This document shows positions 27,705 through 41,955 of a stretch of DNA of 64,000 nt, piece by piece. The translations under genes and the position numbers were made by a program. Under the pieces are notes generated by a model. That model did not search any database, was not told the DNA's origin, and was given only the letters and a program-made list of their open reading frames with translations. How positions within the stretch are numbered: position 1 is the first letter of the stretch; every line of letters begins with the position of its first letter. This DNA is from Octopus sinensis (lineage: Eukaryota), in assembly GCF_006345805.1 (NCBI RefSeq), contig NC_043009.1:25792001-25856000 (forward strand), written 5' to 3'.

Positions 27705-29629
27705 TATATACATACATCTATGCAGACGCATGCAAATACACACACACATGCATATTTGCACACACGCAACATGCCTGCATGTATACACCAATACATATAT
27801 GCATAAATACAGACATACACACATATAACACCATTCTATAGCATAACTTGTCTGACTAACTTATCTTTTATCCTCTACTCGTTTCAGATATTGGGTCGCG
27901 AGTTATTCTGGAGCACCGCCTTAAAGAGATCGGTTTCTTATTGCCGAACAGCTAAGTTACGGGGACGTAAACAAACCAGCACCGGTTATCAAGCGGCAGT
28001 AGAGAAGAAACACAAAGAAATACACACACACGAGTTTTTTTTTTCAGTTTTCGTCAGCCAAATCCCGCCACCCCCGCCCCAAAAGCAAATCTCAATTCCC
28101 ATCTAGTTTTTTTCTGGCAAAAATCCACAATTTGGAGAAGTTGGACGAAACACTTTAAATTACTTCAAGACAAAGCAACAACAGTTTCTAATTTAGATAT
28201 AAGGATGGCAATTTGAGATGGGTGTTTAGTCGATAGCATTTATCGCTATACTGCATTGGTACTTTATTTTATCGACTCCGGTAGACGAAACGCAAAGTTA
28301 GCTCCGGGGTGGATATTTCATCTGGAAAAAAACCAGAAAAAACTCAACAACTGTTGATCGATGAATGCTCATCAGGCACTGTTCAGATAAATGTTTATCT
28401 GCTATTATTGACCTCAGCCATATATTTTTCCCCTTCTTATAGCATAGAAGGTCCTCAACCTTATACAGGTAATATCAATAAAACACAGACTGGCGGTTAA
28501 ACAGGAAGTCTAAACAGTATGTTTGAACAAGTCCTTTCGTCCGTCTTCGCATCCATCAAATTTTTATTCCTTTCCTGACCAGAAAGTAAACCAGACGATT
28601 GATTCAGCGCCTAAGTTTTCTATTTCGTGTAGTTGAACGATTTTTACAATCTGTTTCATTAATTCTTCCTTTGTGAGCTTCGCCATTTGCAGTGGATGAA
28701 GTGAAAAAAATATTAAAAGTGTGTATATATTTAGTATTAAATTGGTTTTTCAATAATGTTGTATTGGAGTGGAAATCTTGCATACAGATTGATCTTCGAA
28801 ACTATTTTCTTCTTGATGGACCACTAACTTCAGAAAGAATTTCGGTTGGCTGCACTGTCTGGGAAGGATTAGCTCAAACATCATTTTGCTTACAGTTTTT
28901 GGACTTCTGAAAAAAGTTTCATTAATTTGTTTGGTTTGTTCATCGATATATATTGTCTGTGACCATTGAACATAACTAAGGCTTGTGTATAACACTTATG
29001 TAAGATGGCACCATTGACGATGATGGCTTGTGTTACAAATTCCACTGGTGCTGAATGGACTTAAAAAACAAATAACACGAGAAAAGTTGTACATGAAACG
29101 TGTAAGAGACATTTCGGCACAGCCGTTTTGGTTGAGCCGATTTGGCGTCGCTTATTCAACGCTGACTTGAGATCAACCGTTTTTATGCTTCTTTCGTTCC
29201 CTACCATTTCCTCCCTCTCTCCCCTCCCCCTCTCTCCTCCTCCCCTCCCTCTCTATTTATGTATTTCTCTAAGTGTATGAGGAGAGGAAAAATATTTAAG
29301 ACAATCTTATTCAAATAATAAAGTGCATTGGTTCTCTCTGCTTATCTCTCACTCTCATTCTATTTGTATACGTTTATTTCTATACGCGGGTGCATGTGCG
29401 TGTGTTTACCTCCAGTGCCAAAAAGCACTCTCTTTAAAACGACTGAATGCCCAGTCTGTCGTACCAAATCGATAGTATCCAAACACTTGCGCCCAATCAT
29501 CACCTTCCAACATAAAACATCATCTAACTAATTATGCTCTTGAAGGGCTTCGCCTGAAGCTGTAATTTTCAGAATGTACAAATGATCAAAACTAAATTTT
29601 CAAAGTTAACCACGACTTTAATTTTTATA

Positions 29630-30184
29630 TTGGGTTGTCCGGAAATTTTTATATTGGGTTGTGTCGATTTTTAAAGGAAAGAAAATGGTCAATAAATACT
29701 TGTCATTACATTTTTAATCAACCAAATATAAACCATTTTATTGCACGATGCGTCTCCATCTTTCCTTTAACTTGAAAATACCCTCTTCCCAGAATTGAGG
29801 TGGTTTCATGGCAAAGAATTCATCAAGGAATTGAAACTTTTACCATTAAGACTATTCTGCAGAGACCTGAGTAAGTGGAAATCCGAAGGAGCAATATCTG
29901 GTGAATAATGAGGATGGGGTAACACATCCCAGCCGAGCTGCAGCAATTTTTGTCTGGTTCCCAAAGCATCAAGTGCCGAAAATGAACTTTCTTATCTTCC
30001 ATTTTAAAGGGTTACAGAATTAACACAGGTTATAGGAACATAAACCTTCTTCCACGAAAAGATAGCTTAAACTGTGCTCTAAATGGAGGTGTAGACAAAT
30101 CCTATTTTATGAACTCAACCATGTTCTAAAATAAGTCGAAAGGTAAGCTACTATAAATCGGCACGAACTTTCCGGACAACCCAA
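29630..30184 (-). mobile_element. Internally deleted mariner element
   Basis: TIRs TTGGGTTGTCCGGAAA/TTTCCGGACAACCCAA with TA flanks; minus-strand LGWDVLPHPHYSPDIAPSDFHL motif. Confidence 0.88.
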
Positions 30185-31383
30185 TATATTTTGAGCAGCA
30201 ACATGTTCTTTAAAGCAATGGCATGTTTGGAACAAGACTATTTTTTTGTAAACTCGCACAGATAAAAGAATTCATGAGAGATTTGACAGAGCCTATAGAA
30301 TTGTATATATTAGAAAGAAAAAAAAAAGGTTATTCAGAACAAAATTTTGTTTATGGAGAACACAATGAAGAAACGCAGTTTTTGGATGTTTGGCCTGTTT
30401 TTGAACTCGAATGCTTTCTTCCTTTCTTGCCAGTGAAGGGCAGCTGTCTTTAGTCATGTAGTTTGTCCAGGTTTAAGCCAAATCGCGTGAAGTGCTCAAT
30501 GATTGCTTTAGTAAAAGGAAACATCGGCTTCTGACATGGAGACAGCGTGCAATTCACTTCGCTGTTGAAAAGCCGATGAATTTCATTGCATTTGTATGTG
30601 TGTGCGCGCACACACATATTTAAACATACACGCATATATACATAGACACTTATTTAAACACACACACAAACACAAAAATATACATACATACACACACACA
30701 AATATACATACATACATACATACATATACACACACACACAAATACATATAAAATACACATCTACACAAACAAGTGTGTGTGCGTGTGCACGCACATATAG
30801 TGTATACACGCACGCGCATATATACACGTGTACATACATAAATACATACACGCGCACACATTCACGTACATATACACGCATACACTTACACGCACAAAGA
30901 TACACAAATATACAAAACGCATTTCCAGAGACACAAAGACGTGCTTGCTATCACTTCCATTTTCGTGTCTCAAAAACTTGGAAGGAAATACTAGCATCGA
31001 AAAAAAATAAAACAGAAAATTTCTACACGAAAATAGAAATTAATAAAATTGCATCTTACAAATATATATACAACGTATCTATGCAACAGAATAAAGGAAT
31101 ACGACTGGAATAATGGTTTCTACTACAAAGGTTACGTGAAGAGAGAGAGAAAGAAACATTAGACTTAAGAATATCTTTGATGAAAACTGAAATACTGTGT
31201 AAGGTGATAGGAAATGTTGCATGAGGAAAATTAAAACGACATCTAATGAAATACAAAAGCAAATTGTATTTTATGTGAATAAATGAATAAAATAGTCACA
31301 CACATTCATACACGAACATACATACGCATATACATATATATATATGTATACGTACGTATGTATGTATACATTTTCTCTGTCTG

Positions 31384-31425
<42 letters not shown>

Positions 31426-31568
31426 CAGACAGAGAAAATGTATACATACGTACGTATGTATACACACAATCTAATATGAAATGATATAATTTAACAAAAT
31501 TGTATGTATGTATATGAGCGTGCGTGTGTGTATATATGTTGAAATACCATTCTGTATATGCGTGTGTA

Positions 31569-31605
<37 letters not shown>

Positions 31606-31954
31606 TTTTCATTCGCGTATACATATATAACGTTGACGGCTTCAATTTTATTGCGTATCTTTAGAATTTAGTGTAAACATCTTAGAGAACCTAGAACTTT
31701 CATACGATACAACTACTGAAAGCAAAAATATATAAAAAGACATTGTTGCAACGACTTTAACCTACCAATTGATATTTATCAATAATTGAATATTTTATTT
31801 ATTGAACTCCGGTTGTATTGAAATAATTGTTTGGGGCTTTCCAGTCAAGTAGTTGTTTTATTTTATGTTTAAGCCCTATTCTCATCAGCAGTGAGTGTCT
31901 CTATGATTTTGTATTATATATTTATATATTTGTACGCATGTAAATATGTGTGTA

Positions 31955-32005
<51 letters not shown>

Positions 32006-32531
32006 TAGACACACGCACAAATATAAGTTTAATTCTTGATCATGCTGCCAATAAAACCACACGCACTGGTGAGGTTTCACTTCGTTTTTTTTTACCAGAC
32101 ACTGAATTAATCAAGTGTCTAATGGATTTTTCGGTGACCGGCAATATTGTCACAGCAAAAAAAGTTACAATTTATGGGATCCGGACAACCCCCCTCCGGG
32201 ACGAAACCCTCTCGGACAAAACTTTTTTACCTGGGAATTTTTTTTTTTTTTACCTGGATTCGAATATTCTGTCACATTTCCTCACAGTCTATGTAATTCC
32301 TTATCTTTGACCACGTGGAAAAAACTGGTAACTGCTCACTTGCTCTCTTGTCTTTATATGCTTTTATGAATTCACATCCTTGTTTATGAAGTTACCAGTT
32401 TTTTCCACACGCTAATCTGTACCACTCATACATGTGTGTGTGTATTCACCCAATGCATTTGAATAAATAGACATACTTGAATGTTTACCGGCTGATGTCT
32501 GTCGATTTTATATCCACTCCGTTTTCTTATT

Positions 32532-32563
<32 letters not shown>

Positions 32564-32568
<5 letters not shown>

Positions 32569-32757
32569 ACGGATATTTGTCCTCATCTTGTTTGTTGTTA
32601 ACAACGTTTCGGCTGATATACCCTCCAGCCTTCATCAGGTGTCTTGGGGAAATTTCGAACCTACGTTCTCATTCCTAAGGTATTATTATTATTATTATTA
32701 TTATTATTCACTGCCAGGGTTAGTAGCCCGTGCTCTTAACCATTACGCCATATGCCC
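32564..32757 (-). mobile_element. HHR family F5 (copy 2)
   Basis: CTGATGA aggctg...cagcc GAAA cg TT at ~32600-32642; tRNA-like head with the B-box region deleted; 3' end at (TA)n. Confidence 0.75.
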
Positions 32758-33564
32758 GTGGGCAATTATGGAGTTAATTTTTATGGCTTATAAATCTAAT
32801 ATTTTTCTATCCTTCCTTAATACCGGTTCCCATATGCTATTCATATCTGCACTCGGTCTGCTTAGGAGGTTGTTGTGTCCTAGTTTGTTATCCTTCCTTT
32901 TCTTTTATATGTTTTAATCATTGGTCTGCAGCCATGTCGGGGCACCTCTTTGAAGTGTCTAGTCGAACAAATCAACCCTAGTACATATTTTTCAAGCCTG
33001 CTACTTATTCTATCGGTTTCTTTTGTTGAACAGCTAAGTTACGTGGATGTAAACATACCAGCACCGGTTGTAAAGCGGCAGCGGTGGTGGACAAACATAT
33101 ACACAAAGGAAAACACATAAATACATACATATTCACACAGATGCACACATGTATATGTATACATATATATGCACACACAAGACGGGCTTCTTTCAGCTAC
33201 CGTTTACCAAATCCAGTCACATGGTTTTGGTCAACCCGGAGCAATAGCAAGACACTTGCTCAAGCTGCCACGCAGTGAGACTGAACCGAAGATCATACTG
33301 TTTAAAAGGAAATTTTCTAATCACAGTCAAGCAGGGATTGAAGACATCCAGGCGAATACCTCAGCCAGCACTCCTCACGGGAAAGAAAAAGAACGTGGGT
33401 ATTAGAATATCAAGCGAGTAATATAAGATACTATACAGGTTAAATACATCGGGCAATCTATACAAATTGTAAAACCGAGGTTATTTAATGATCGATTTGT
33501 TGGTATATTAATCGTTGTGTATGATAGCAATGCGATTGCTACATACATACGTACATACATACAT

Positions 33565-33607
<43 letters not shown>

Positions 33608-34828
33608 CTCACAAATATGAGAGAGACAGGGTGGAGAGAAATACGTTTGTAAGTATCCTATGTCAAATAATTTGTGAAACTGTTGGTGCATTGAAAAGGA
33701 GCTTTGAAGATCAATGGCTGCACTTTAAAGAATGATGAAAGGACCTGTCAGTTTTGGTACACCCCGACAACGGAACCCCTTTGATCAGGTGACTTTACAC
33801 CAGTTGCGTCCGTCACTTTGATAAATTGGAGAACACAAGAGTAAAGAGCTGCTACGAAACTAGCTCGGTAACGCAAACACAGCATGCTATTTGCGCACGC
33901 ACGCACAAGCAAATATGCACATGCAAACGCACTAGCATCCAAATATACATGCACGCACATGCATGTGCACACGCACGCTCATAATCATATATACGCACGC
34001 ACACACACACGCGCAAACACACACACACGAACACACACACAAACACACACGCACAAACACACACGCGCAAACACACACGCGCAAACACACACGCGCAAAC
34101 AACACACACACACGAATACTCGAAGATAAGTTCTTGATGTTGTTGTTATTAATGTTGTTGTTACTGACGTTGTTGATTGTGATCTTTTGAGGTGGAATTG
34201 CAGAAACGTTAGAGCGTCGGAAAAGACACTTCGAAATACCACTTCCGGTTCTACAACCCGAGTTCGAATCCCGCCGAGGTAGATTTGCTTTTTTCCTTTC
34301 AAGGTCGATAAAATAAAGTTCCAGCAAGGAATTGGTATCGTTGGTATCGATTAACCCCACCCTCCTAAAATAGCTGGCCCTGGGCCTAAATTATAAATCA
34401 ATTATGATTTTCTGGTCAATTTCGTTGTCATTGTTGTGTTGCTTCAAATATTGTTATTTATGATCTAAAGTTAGCTTTGTAAGCAAGTTTTTTTCGTGCC
34501 CAGCTCCACGGTTGGGCATCTGGGGCATGTTCTATATTTAAGAGATGAGGAATTATGTACATTTGACGGATATTTGTCTTCAGCTTGTTTTATGTTATCA
34601 TAACGTTTCGGATGATATACCCTCCAGCTTTCATCAGGTGTCTTGGGGAAATTTCGAACGTGGGTTCTCATTCCTAAGGAATATTTCTATGTTGTTGTTG
34701 TTATTATTATTATTATTATATTATTATTATTATTCAGGTCACTACCTAGAATCGAACTCGGAATCTTGGGTTTAGTTTACCGCGCTATTAATCACTACGC
34801 CATATGCCCGAGTTCGATTCCAGGCAGA

Positions 34829-34872
<44 letters not shown>

Positions 34873-34922
34873 TCGAAAAATACCTTAGGTATGAGAACGC
34901 ATGTTCGAATTTCTCCAAGACA

Positions 34923-35317
34923 GGCGCAGGAGTGGCTGTGTAGTAAGTAGCTTGCTTACCAACCACATGGTTCCGGGCTCAGTCCCACTGCGTGGCATCT
35001 TGGGCAAGTGTCTTCTACTATAGCCTCGGGCCGATTAAAGCCTTGTGAGTGGATTTGGTAGACAGAAACGGAAAGAAGCCCGTCGTGTACGTGTGTGTGT
35101 CTGTGTGTATGTTTGTGTGTCTGGTCTCCCCAACATCGCTTGACAACCAATGCTTGTGTGTTTACGTCCCCGTAACTTAGCGGTTCGGCAAAAGTGACCG
35201 ATAGAATAAGTACTAGGCTTACAAAGAATAAGTCCTGGGATCGATTTGCTCAACTAAAGGCGGTGCTCCAGCATGGCCGTAGTCAAATGACTGAAACAAG
35301 TAAATGAGTAAAAGAGT
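34923..35317 (+). mobile_element. SINE family A, 6-bp TSD
   Basis: AAGACA at 34917-34922 and 35318-35323. Confidence 0.88.
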
Positions 35318-35320
35318 AAG

Positions 35321-35364
35321 ACACCTGAAGAAGGCCGGAGGGTTTACCAGCCGAAACGTTGTGT
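35321..35364 (+). ncRNA. Minimal type I hammerhead ribozyme (F5)
   Basis: acac CTGAAGA a ggc...gcc GAAA cg TT gtgt: helix I acac/gtgt, palindromic AACGTT in place of helix III. Confidence 0.75.
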
Positions 35365-37308
35365 TAACAACAAACATGATGAGAAATATCCGTCAAATAT
35401 AAATAATGTAAATAATGTATCTGGAACATGTGTTCTCTATTATAGCCCCGGGTCCAATAAGCCTACAGTGAAAGCTTGGTTAGGCAGAAACTGTGTGGAA
35501 GCCCGTCGCGCGTGCGTGTGACATACAAACGTGAAGGCTCATAGCCTAATGGTTAGATGTGTTGTACTCACGGTCGTAGTTTCGATTCAAGACCGGCTGC
35601 GCATTGTGTTCTTGAGCAAAGCTCTTCGTTTCATGTTGCTCCAGTCCACTCAGCTGTAAATGGGTACATCCTGCAACAGATTAGCCTCCTGATCAGGAGT
35701 AAAATTGGCTTACTCACCTAGCCAGTAGGTTGGCATCATTCGAAAGGTAAAATGAAGCAAAGGGCATTGTGACTAGCGATGTATAACATCTGATAGTCTG
35801 GACGATACCGTGAAACATACACAAACATACACACACACTTTATTTTATCGATCTCTATAGCATTTGAACTCAATGTAAAGTGCCGAAACAAATGACGCAG
35901 GAATCTTTTTCCATGCTCTGACGATTCCGCCAATTTCTCACTAATAATAATAATAATCCTTTCTAATATAGGGACAAGGCCTGGAAGTTGTTTTTTTATG
36001 AGGGCTCTAGTAGATTACATCGATCACCCTGCTCAACTGGTATTTATTTCATCGACGCCGAAAGGATAGACAGCAAAGTGGACGTCGGTGGAATTTGAAT
36101 TCGAAACGGAAAAGTGGAAAAAATGCAGCGAAGCATTTTGTCCGGCGTGTTAACGATTCTGCCAGCACACCATCTTAATGGCTTCAAATTTTGCCACAAG
36201 ACCAGTAATTTTAGGGGGTGGGGAGAAATTAATCATTTACACCGCCCTCATTATTCAATTGGTATTTTATTTTATTAACCCCAGAAGGATGGAAGGCTAA
36301 ATCACCCTGAGTGGCGTTTGAACTCGTATAAGGAGCCAGAAAAAAATACTGCTAAACATTTTGTCCGACGTGCAAACGATTGCTGTTGTTAACCGGCTTA
36401 ATGATTTTGTTTTTCTGATCATACACCTCGCCAACAAGGAGACTACAATAATATTCTCGCATTAAATTTGGAGGAAAAAGAAAACAACCCTTATCTAAAC
36501 ATCACGTTTGATCCTAAAAAGCAAGCTACATTACAAAAAAAAAAAAAAAAAATCAATTCTTAAAACGATATATATATATATATATATATATAAATCGATA
36601 TAGAAATTTTAGAAAGAAATAAAATGCAAAACGAAAACAAAAATAGAACGAACTCAGCACAAATGTAAAGAAAAAATAGAACATCGAAAGCTTAAGTCAT
36701 GAAGATAAAGAAAATATAATAAATAACACGAGTCAAAAAAATGAATAAAATAAATGATAGAGCAAAATTCAAATTGTAGAACATGTACAAAACACTGACC
36801 AAAATGTATAGCAAACTAAAAATTGGAAAAATAAAAGAAAAACGGAATCAGAATAACACAAACAAAAACAAAGAAAAAGAATTTGAAGATTTACGAAATG
36901 GAAAATTCTAATGATAGGAATAAGGAATCTGACAGTCGAAAGGTGGGAATAATTGAAGAATTAGAATCAATATACGATGTTGGTATATAGAGAAACGAAA
37001 TACTATCTGAGGATTAATGTCGAGAATGAAAGAGCAAGAAAAACAGAAAATAAACGCAATCCTGGTTGTGACCGGTTTAATGAGAACAGACACGAACATC
37101 AATATCACCAGATTAAATGAAATGATATATGCAACAGCCATGCTAGTTGCAAAGAAAACTGGTTAATCCCTCTGATCTATTCTTGTAGGAATATCAAAAA
37201 GAAAAGCTAAGGAAAGAGAAACGAAGTAAGAAAAAGAAAATGTATAGAGGAAAAAGATAAGAAAAAGGATATCTCAATCCTTATTGAATTTAATAAGGAA
37301 AAGTTACA

Positions 37309-37363
<55 letters not shown>

Positions 37364-37700
37364 GAATTATAACACACACACGTACACAGACTAAACGTCT
37401 TACCCGAAACCAAACAACACATCAAACGGATCCTTCCTAATTTGCAAAGAATCAACGACATGAAACAGATAACTTATCTTTCATGTTTTACTCGTTTCAG
37501 GGAATTGGATTGCGGCCATGCTGGAGTAGCTCTTCTAAGGGTTTTAGTCGAATAAATCAATACCAATGTATATTTTTTTTCAAGTATGCTACTTATTTTA
37601 TCGCTGATTTTTGCCGAACTGCAAAGTTACGGAGACGTAAGCAAGCGAACACGGTTGTCAAGCAGTGAATGGGAGACAAACAAAGATGCATGCGCGCACG

Positions 37701-37735
<35 letters not shown>

Positions 37736-38409
37736 GACAGGAGTTTCTGTTTGTCTAATCCACTCATAAGTTTCTGGTTAATCCGAGGCGAAAGCAGAAA
37801 ATACTTGGCTAAGGCGCCACGCAGTTGGACTGAACCCGGAACCATGCGGTTGAGAAGCAAACTTCTTACCAAACAGCCATGCCTGCGCTTAAAAACAATA
37901 CACAGTTCGATTTTAACTCCAAAACGCTCAAAAACTAAAAAAAAAATAATAAATAAACAAAGAAAAAAAACGAAACAACAGAAGTAACGGCAGAACTAAA
38001 AGGAAGAAGATATTGAAGAATTCGGGGTATGAGGGGGTGGTTAAGGGTAGCAAAAACCGTAGAACACACGAAATCAATGCAGCACCAACAGCAAGAGATA
38101 TTGAAAGATTCTAGGAAGGATTAAGGATAGCAAAGGAATTACCGTTGACGAGATTGACCAAAACAATGAACACGGCATCGGAAGAGTTGTGGAAAGATAT
38201 ATCGATGGAAAGAGTAGCCCGGATGTTATAAAGACAATATAGAATTGGTGTAAGCATGGATACGTGGTTAAGAAGTTTGTTTTGCAATTACGTGGGTTTG
38301 GGTTCAATCCACAGTGTGGCATCTTGGCATCTTGGGCAAGCTGTTTTCTACTATATCCCTGTGTTGCCCAATGCCTTTCGAGTGGATTTCATACACGAAC
38401 CCCACCACC

Positions 38410-38554
38410 ACGTATGTGTATGTGTGTATACGAGTGTGTTTGTATGTGTATGCGTGTGTGTGTATGTTTGTGTGTGCGTGTGTCTGTATATGTGTGCGCT
38501 TGTGTGTATATATGTGTGCGCGTGCGTATGAATATGATTGTGCGTGCGTGTGTA

Positions 38555-38590
<36 letters not shown>

Positions 38591-39650
38591 CGTGTATGTG
38601 CCTGCGTGTGTGTGTATGTGCTTGCGTGTGTGTGTGTATGTGCCTGCGTGTGTGCGCGTTTGTGCCTGTATGTGTATGTGCTTGCGTGTGTGTGTGTATG
38701 TGCTTGCGTGTGTGTGTGTGTGTATGTGCCTGCGGTGCGTGTATGTGCCTGCGTGTGTGCGTGTATGTGCCTGCGTGTGCGTGTATGTGCTTGCGTGTGC
38801 GTGTATGTGCTTGCGTGTGCGTGTATGTGCTTGCGTGTGTGGTATGTGCCTGCGTGTGTGTGTATGTGCTGCGTGTGCGTGTATGTGCCTGCGTGTGCGT
38901 GTATGTGCCTGCGTGTGTATGTATGTGCGTGTGTGTATGTATGTGCGTGTGTGTGTATGTGCTTGCGTGTGTGTGTATGTGCTTGCGTGTGTGTGTGTAT
39001 GTGCCTGCGTGTGCATGTATGTGCCTGCGTGTGTGTATGTATGTGCGTGTGTGTATGTATGTGCGTGTGTGTATGTATGTGCGTGTGTGTGTGTGTTGTG
39101 TGTGTGTGTGTGCGCGCGTGTGTGCGTGTATGTGCCTGCGTGTGTGTGGTATGTGCCTGCGTGTGTGTGTATGTGCCTGCGTGTGTGTGTGTATGTGCCT
39201 GCGTGTGTGCGCGTTTGTGCCTGTATGTGTATGTGCTTGCGTGTGTGTGTATGTGCTTGCGTGTGTGTGTATGTGCCTGCGTGTGCGTGTATGTGCCTGC
39301 GTGTGCGTGTATGTGCCTGCGTGTGCGTGTATGTGCTTGCGTGTGCGTGTATGTGCTTGCGTGTGCGTGTATGTGCTTGCGTGTGCGTGTATGTGCCTGC
39401 GTGTGCGTGTATGTGCCTGCGTGTGCGTGTATGTGCCTGCGTGTGCGTGTATGTGCCTGCGTGTGTGTGTATGTGCTTGCGTGTGTGTGTATGTGCTTGC
39501 GTGTGTGTGTATGTGCCTGCGTGTGCATGTATGTGCCTGCGTGTGTATGTATGTGCGTGTGTGTATGTATGTGCGTGTGTGTATGTATGTGCGTGTGTGG
39601 TGTGTGTGTGTGTATGTGGGTGTGTGTATGTGGGTGTGTGTATGTGTGTT
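38410..39650. repeat. GT-rich minisatellite (~20-bp unit GTGTGCGTGTATGTGCCTGC) expanded inside a SINE A
   Basis: SINE head at ~38254-38400 and tail at ~39650-39810; higher-order ~550-bp duplication inside the array. Confidence 0.85.
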
Positions 39651-39909
39651 AGTTCGGTGACAGTATGTGTTAGTTCAGTGAAAACAGAACGATAAGTACC
39701 AAGCTTAAAAACATTAGTACTGTTGTCAGTCTGGTCGACGAACCCTACAAAACTGTGCTCCAACATGGCCGTAGTCTAATAACTGAAACAAGTAAAAAAA
39801 AAAGAGTAGATACGAAACACCAGGAAAAGACGACCAACTACAAACTTCTGGCTGGTTAAAAAATTTAAAAGGGATACTTAAAATGCAAGCAGATATGTTC
39901 AGTTAGATT

Positions 39910-40101
39910 CTTTTACTTGTTTCAGTCATTTGACTGCAGCCATGCTGGAGCACCGCCTTTAGTCGAACAAATCGACCCCAGGACTTATTCTTTGGAAGCC
40001 TAGTACTTATTGTATCGGTCTCTTTTGCTGAACCGCTAAGCTACGGGTACGTGAATACACCAACAACGGTTGTCAAGCGATGTTGGAGGGACAGACAAGC
40101 A

Positions 40102-40141
<40 letters not shown>

Positions 40142-40288
40142 CGACGGGCTTCTTTCAGTCTCCGCCTACCAAATCCACTCACAAGTCTTTGGTCGGCCCG
40201 AAGCTACAGTAGAAGACACTTGCTCAAGGTGCCACGCAGTGGGACTGAACCCGGAAGCATGTGGTTGGTAAATAAGCTACTTACCACA
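39910..40288 (-). mobile_element. SINE family A
   Basis: Reverse-complement match to 3334-3713. Confidence 0.85.
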
Positions 40289-41539
40289 ATTGCTCCGACA
40301 ATTGTGAAAAGAACAGGAAATAATAGCTGCCTGGATACAAAGAATAAAAAAAACCATTTTAATTCCCAAGACAAAAGCGGCAAAACCCTGAAACTACAGG
40401 TCAATAAGCTACTGTCGAAAGTTTACAAAACTAAATATGATATTGCTTTTAAATTTTGATACAAGGGCAATAATTTCTGAGGTTGAGGCTAATCGATTAC
40501 ATCGAACATAGTGTTCAATTGGTATTCATTTTATCGACACCGAAGGGCTGAAAGACAAAGTCGACCTCGGTGGAATTAGAACTCAGAGCGTAAATATGTA
40601 CGAAATTCTACTGAGTAATTTGCGAGGGGTGCTAAAGATTCTGCTGGCTTTTACCGCCTTGCTAAGTGATATAATATTGCAGTGAGTAAGGCGACGAGCT
40701 GTCAGAAACGTTAGCACGCCGAGCGAAATGCTTAGCGGTATTTCGTATGTCTTTACGTTCTGAGTTCAAATTCCGCCGAGGTCAACTTTGCCTTTCATCC
40801 TTTCGAGGTCGACAAATTAGTTACAAGTTGCGTACTGGGATCGATCTAATCGACTGGCCCCCTCCCCTAAAATTCGGGCCTTGTGCCTAAAGTAGAAAAT
40901 AATATTGCAGAGAGTAAATAAACACATGGGAATTCACAACGTTGCTCCAGAAGGGGGCTGAAGAACTTTTATGGTTGTAAAGACAGATTACTGTTTGCAG
41001 ACCCATAAGCAAAGACCGTAGAAGCAGAAAGCAGTTTTAACAAGACATGCATTGATTATGAAAAGTCTTTTGACTGTGTTGTTTACATGTGGATTCAGGA
41101 AACATCATGATTAAAGGAGTTTCAAAAATGTGCGGATACATTTAACATATTTATGGAGAAAAGAAAAAAAAAACCCGACAGTTATAGACAAAAGAAGGAT
41201 TAAGAAAACTAAACCCTTTACAGTTAGAAGTGAAGCATTTCAAGAGAATTCTTTCGTTCCATTCCTTTCCTGCCTGGTGCTTACACATTTAACCTTTAAA
41301 CAAAATGTTAAGCAACATTGGACACTGACGCAATTGTTATCGTTGGACAATGAACCATCTTTTGTTTATGGACGGCCCCATATCGTACGCTAAAATGATA
41401 AACAACTAGAAACACTTCTACGGAAAATACAAGGATTTATTAAACGGAGATTGAATTAGGGAAATGAGCCGAAGTAATGAAATGTGGAATATTAACCAAG
41501 AAGTCCATTATCAAGATCCGGTTAACCTAGCTTCTACCA

Positions 41540-41955
41540 ACCCTCTATACTAGTGAGACATAAATCAGCACTGAAAAATGGACAGGAAGATAGATGTGTT
41601 TTACAAAAGATGCTTGAGCACGATTCTGAGGCCGTACTGGTAAGAACCAATGAAGACATTTTAAAGAGAGCCGACACAAGACCACTTAATAAAATCTTCA
41701 CAGAACAATGATCAAAACAAACAGGTTACATACTCCGGCTCTCAGAAAACCCCCATTTTAAACAGCTTTCAAATGGACACTGCAGGAGAGAGAAAGAAAG
41801 AGAGGACACCCAAAAACTACATGGCAGAGAGCGTTCATGACTGATTTGAGAGAGACCGATGTTACATGACCAGATGCAGAGAAAACTGCAGCTTACAGAA
41901 ACCAGTGGAGTCAGTTTGCTTCCTAATGTGTTTTTGAGTGCAGGACGAAATGAAC
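41540..41955 (+). pseudogene. 3' fragment of an RTE-type LINE
   Basis: KIDVFYKRCLSTIL, NEDILKRA, GYILR, RKRGHPKTTW, AAYRNQW remnants. Confidence 0.65.

Larger units (their letters stand above)
34550..35420. mobile_element. HHR family F5 fold-back pair (copies 3 and 4); copy 4 interrupted by SINE A
   Basis: Minus copy 34550-34809; plus copy from ~34808 to 35420; HHR motifs at ~34597-34641 (-) and 35321-35364 (+). Confidence 0.8.

Noticed and set aside
27173-27841. ORFs of up to 215 aa, and similar ones near 26.2, 30.7, 33.9 and 50.3 kb
   Set aside because: Microsatellite-derived low-complexity translations.
33690-33870. Unique-looking segment as a candidate host exon (also ~25300-25900 and ~28500-29000)
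   Set aside because: No convincing open frame with splice sites and no recognisable protein motif.
38264-39766. ORFs of 379-471 aa on both strands
   Set aside because: Translations of a stop-free GT/CA minisatellite (poly-CV, poly-HT); not genes.
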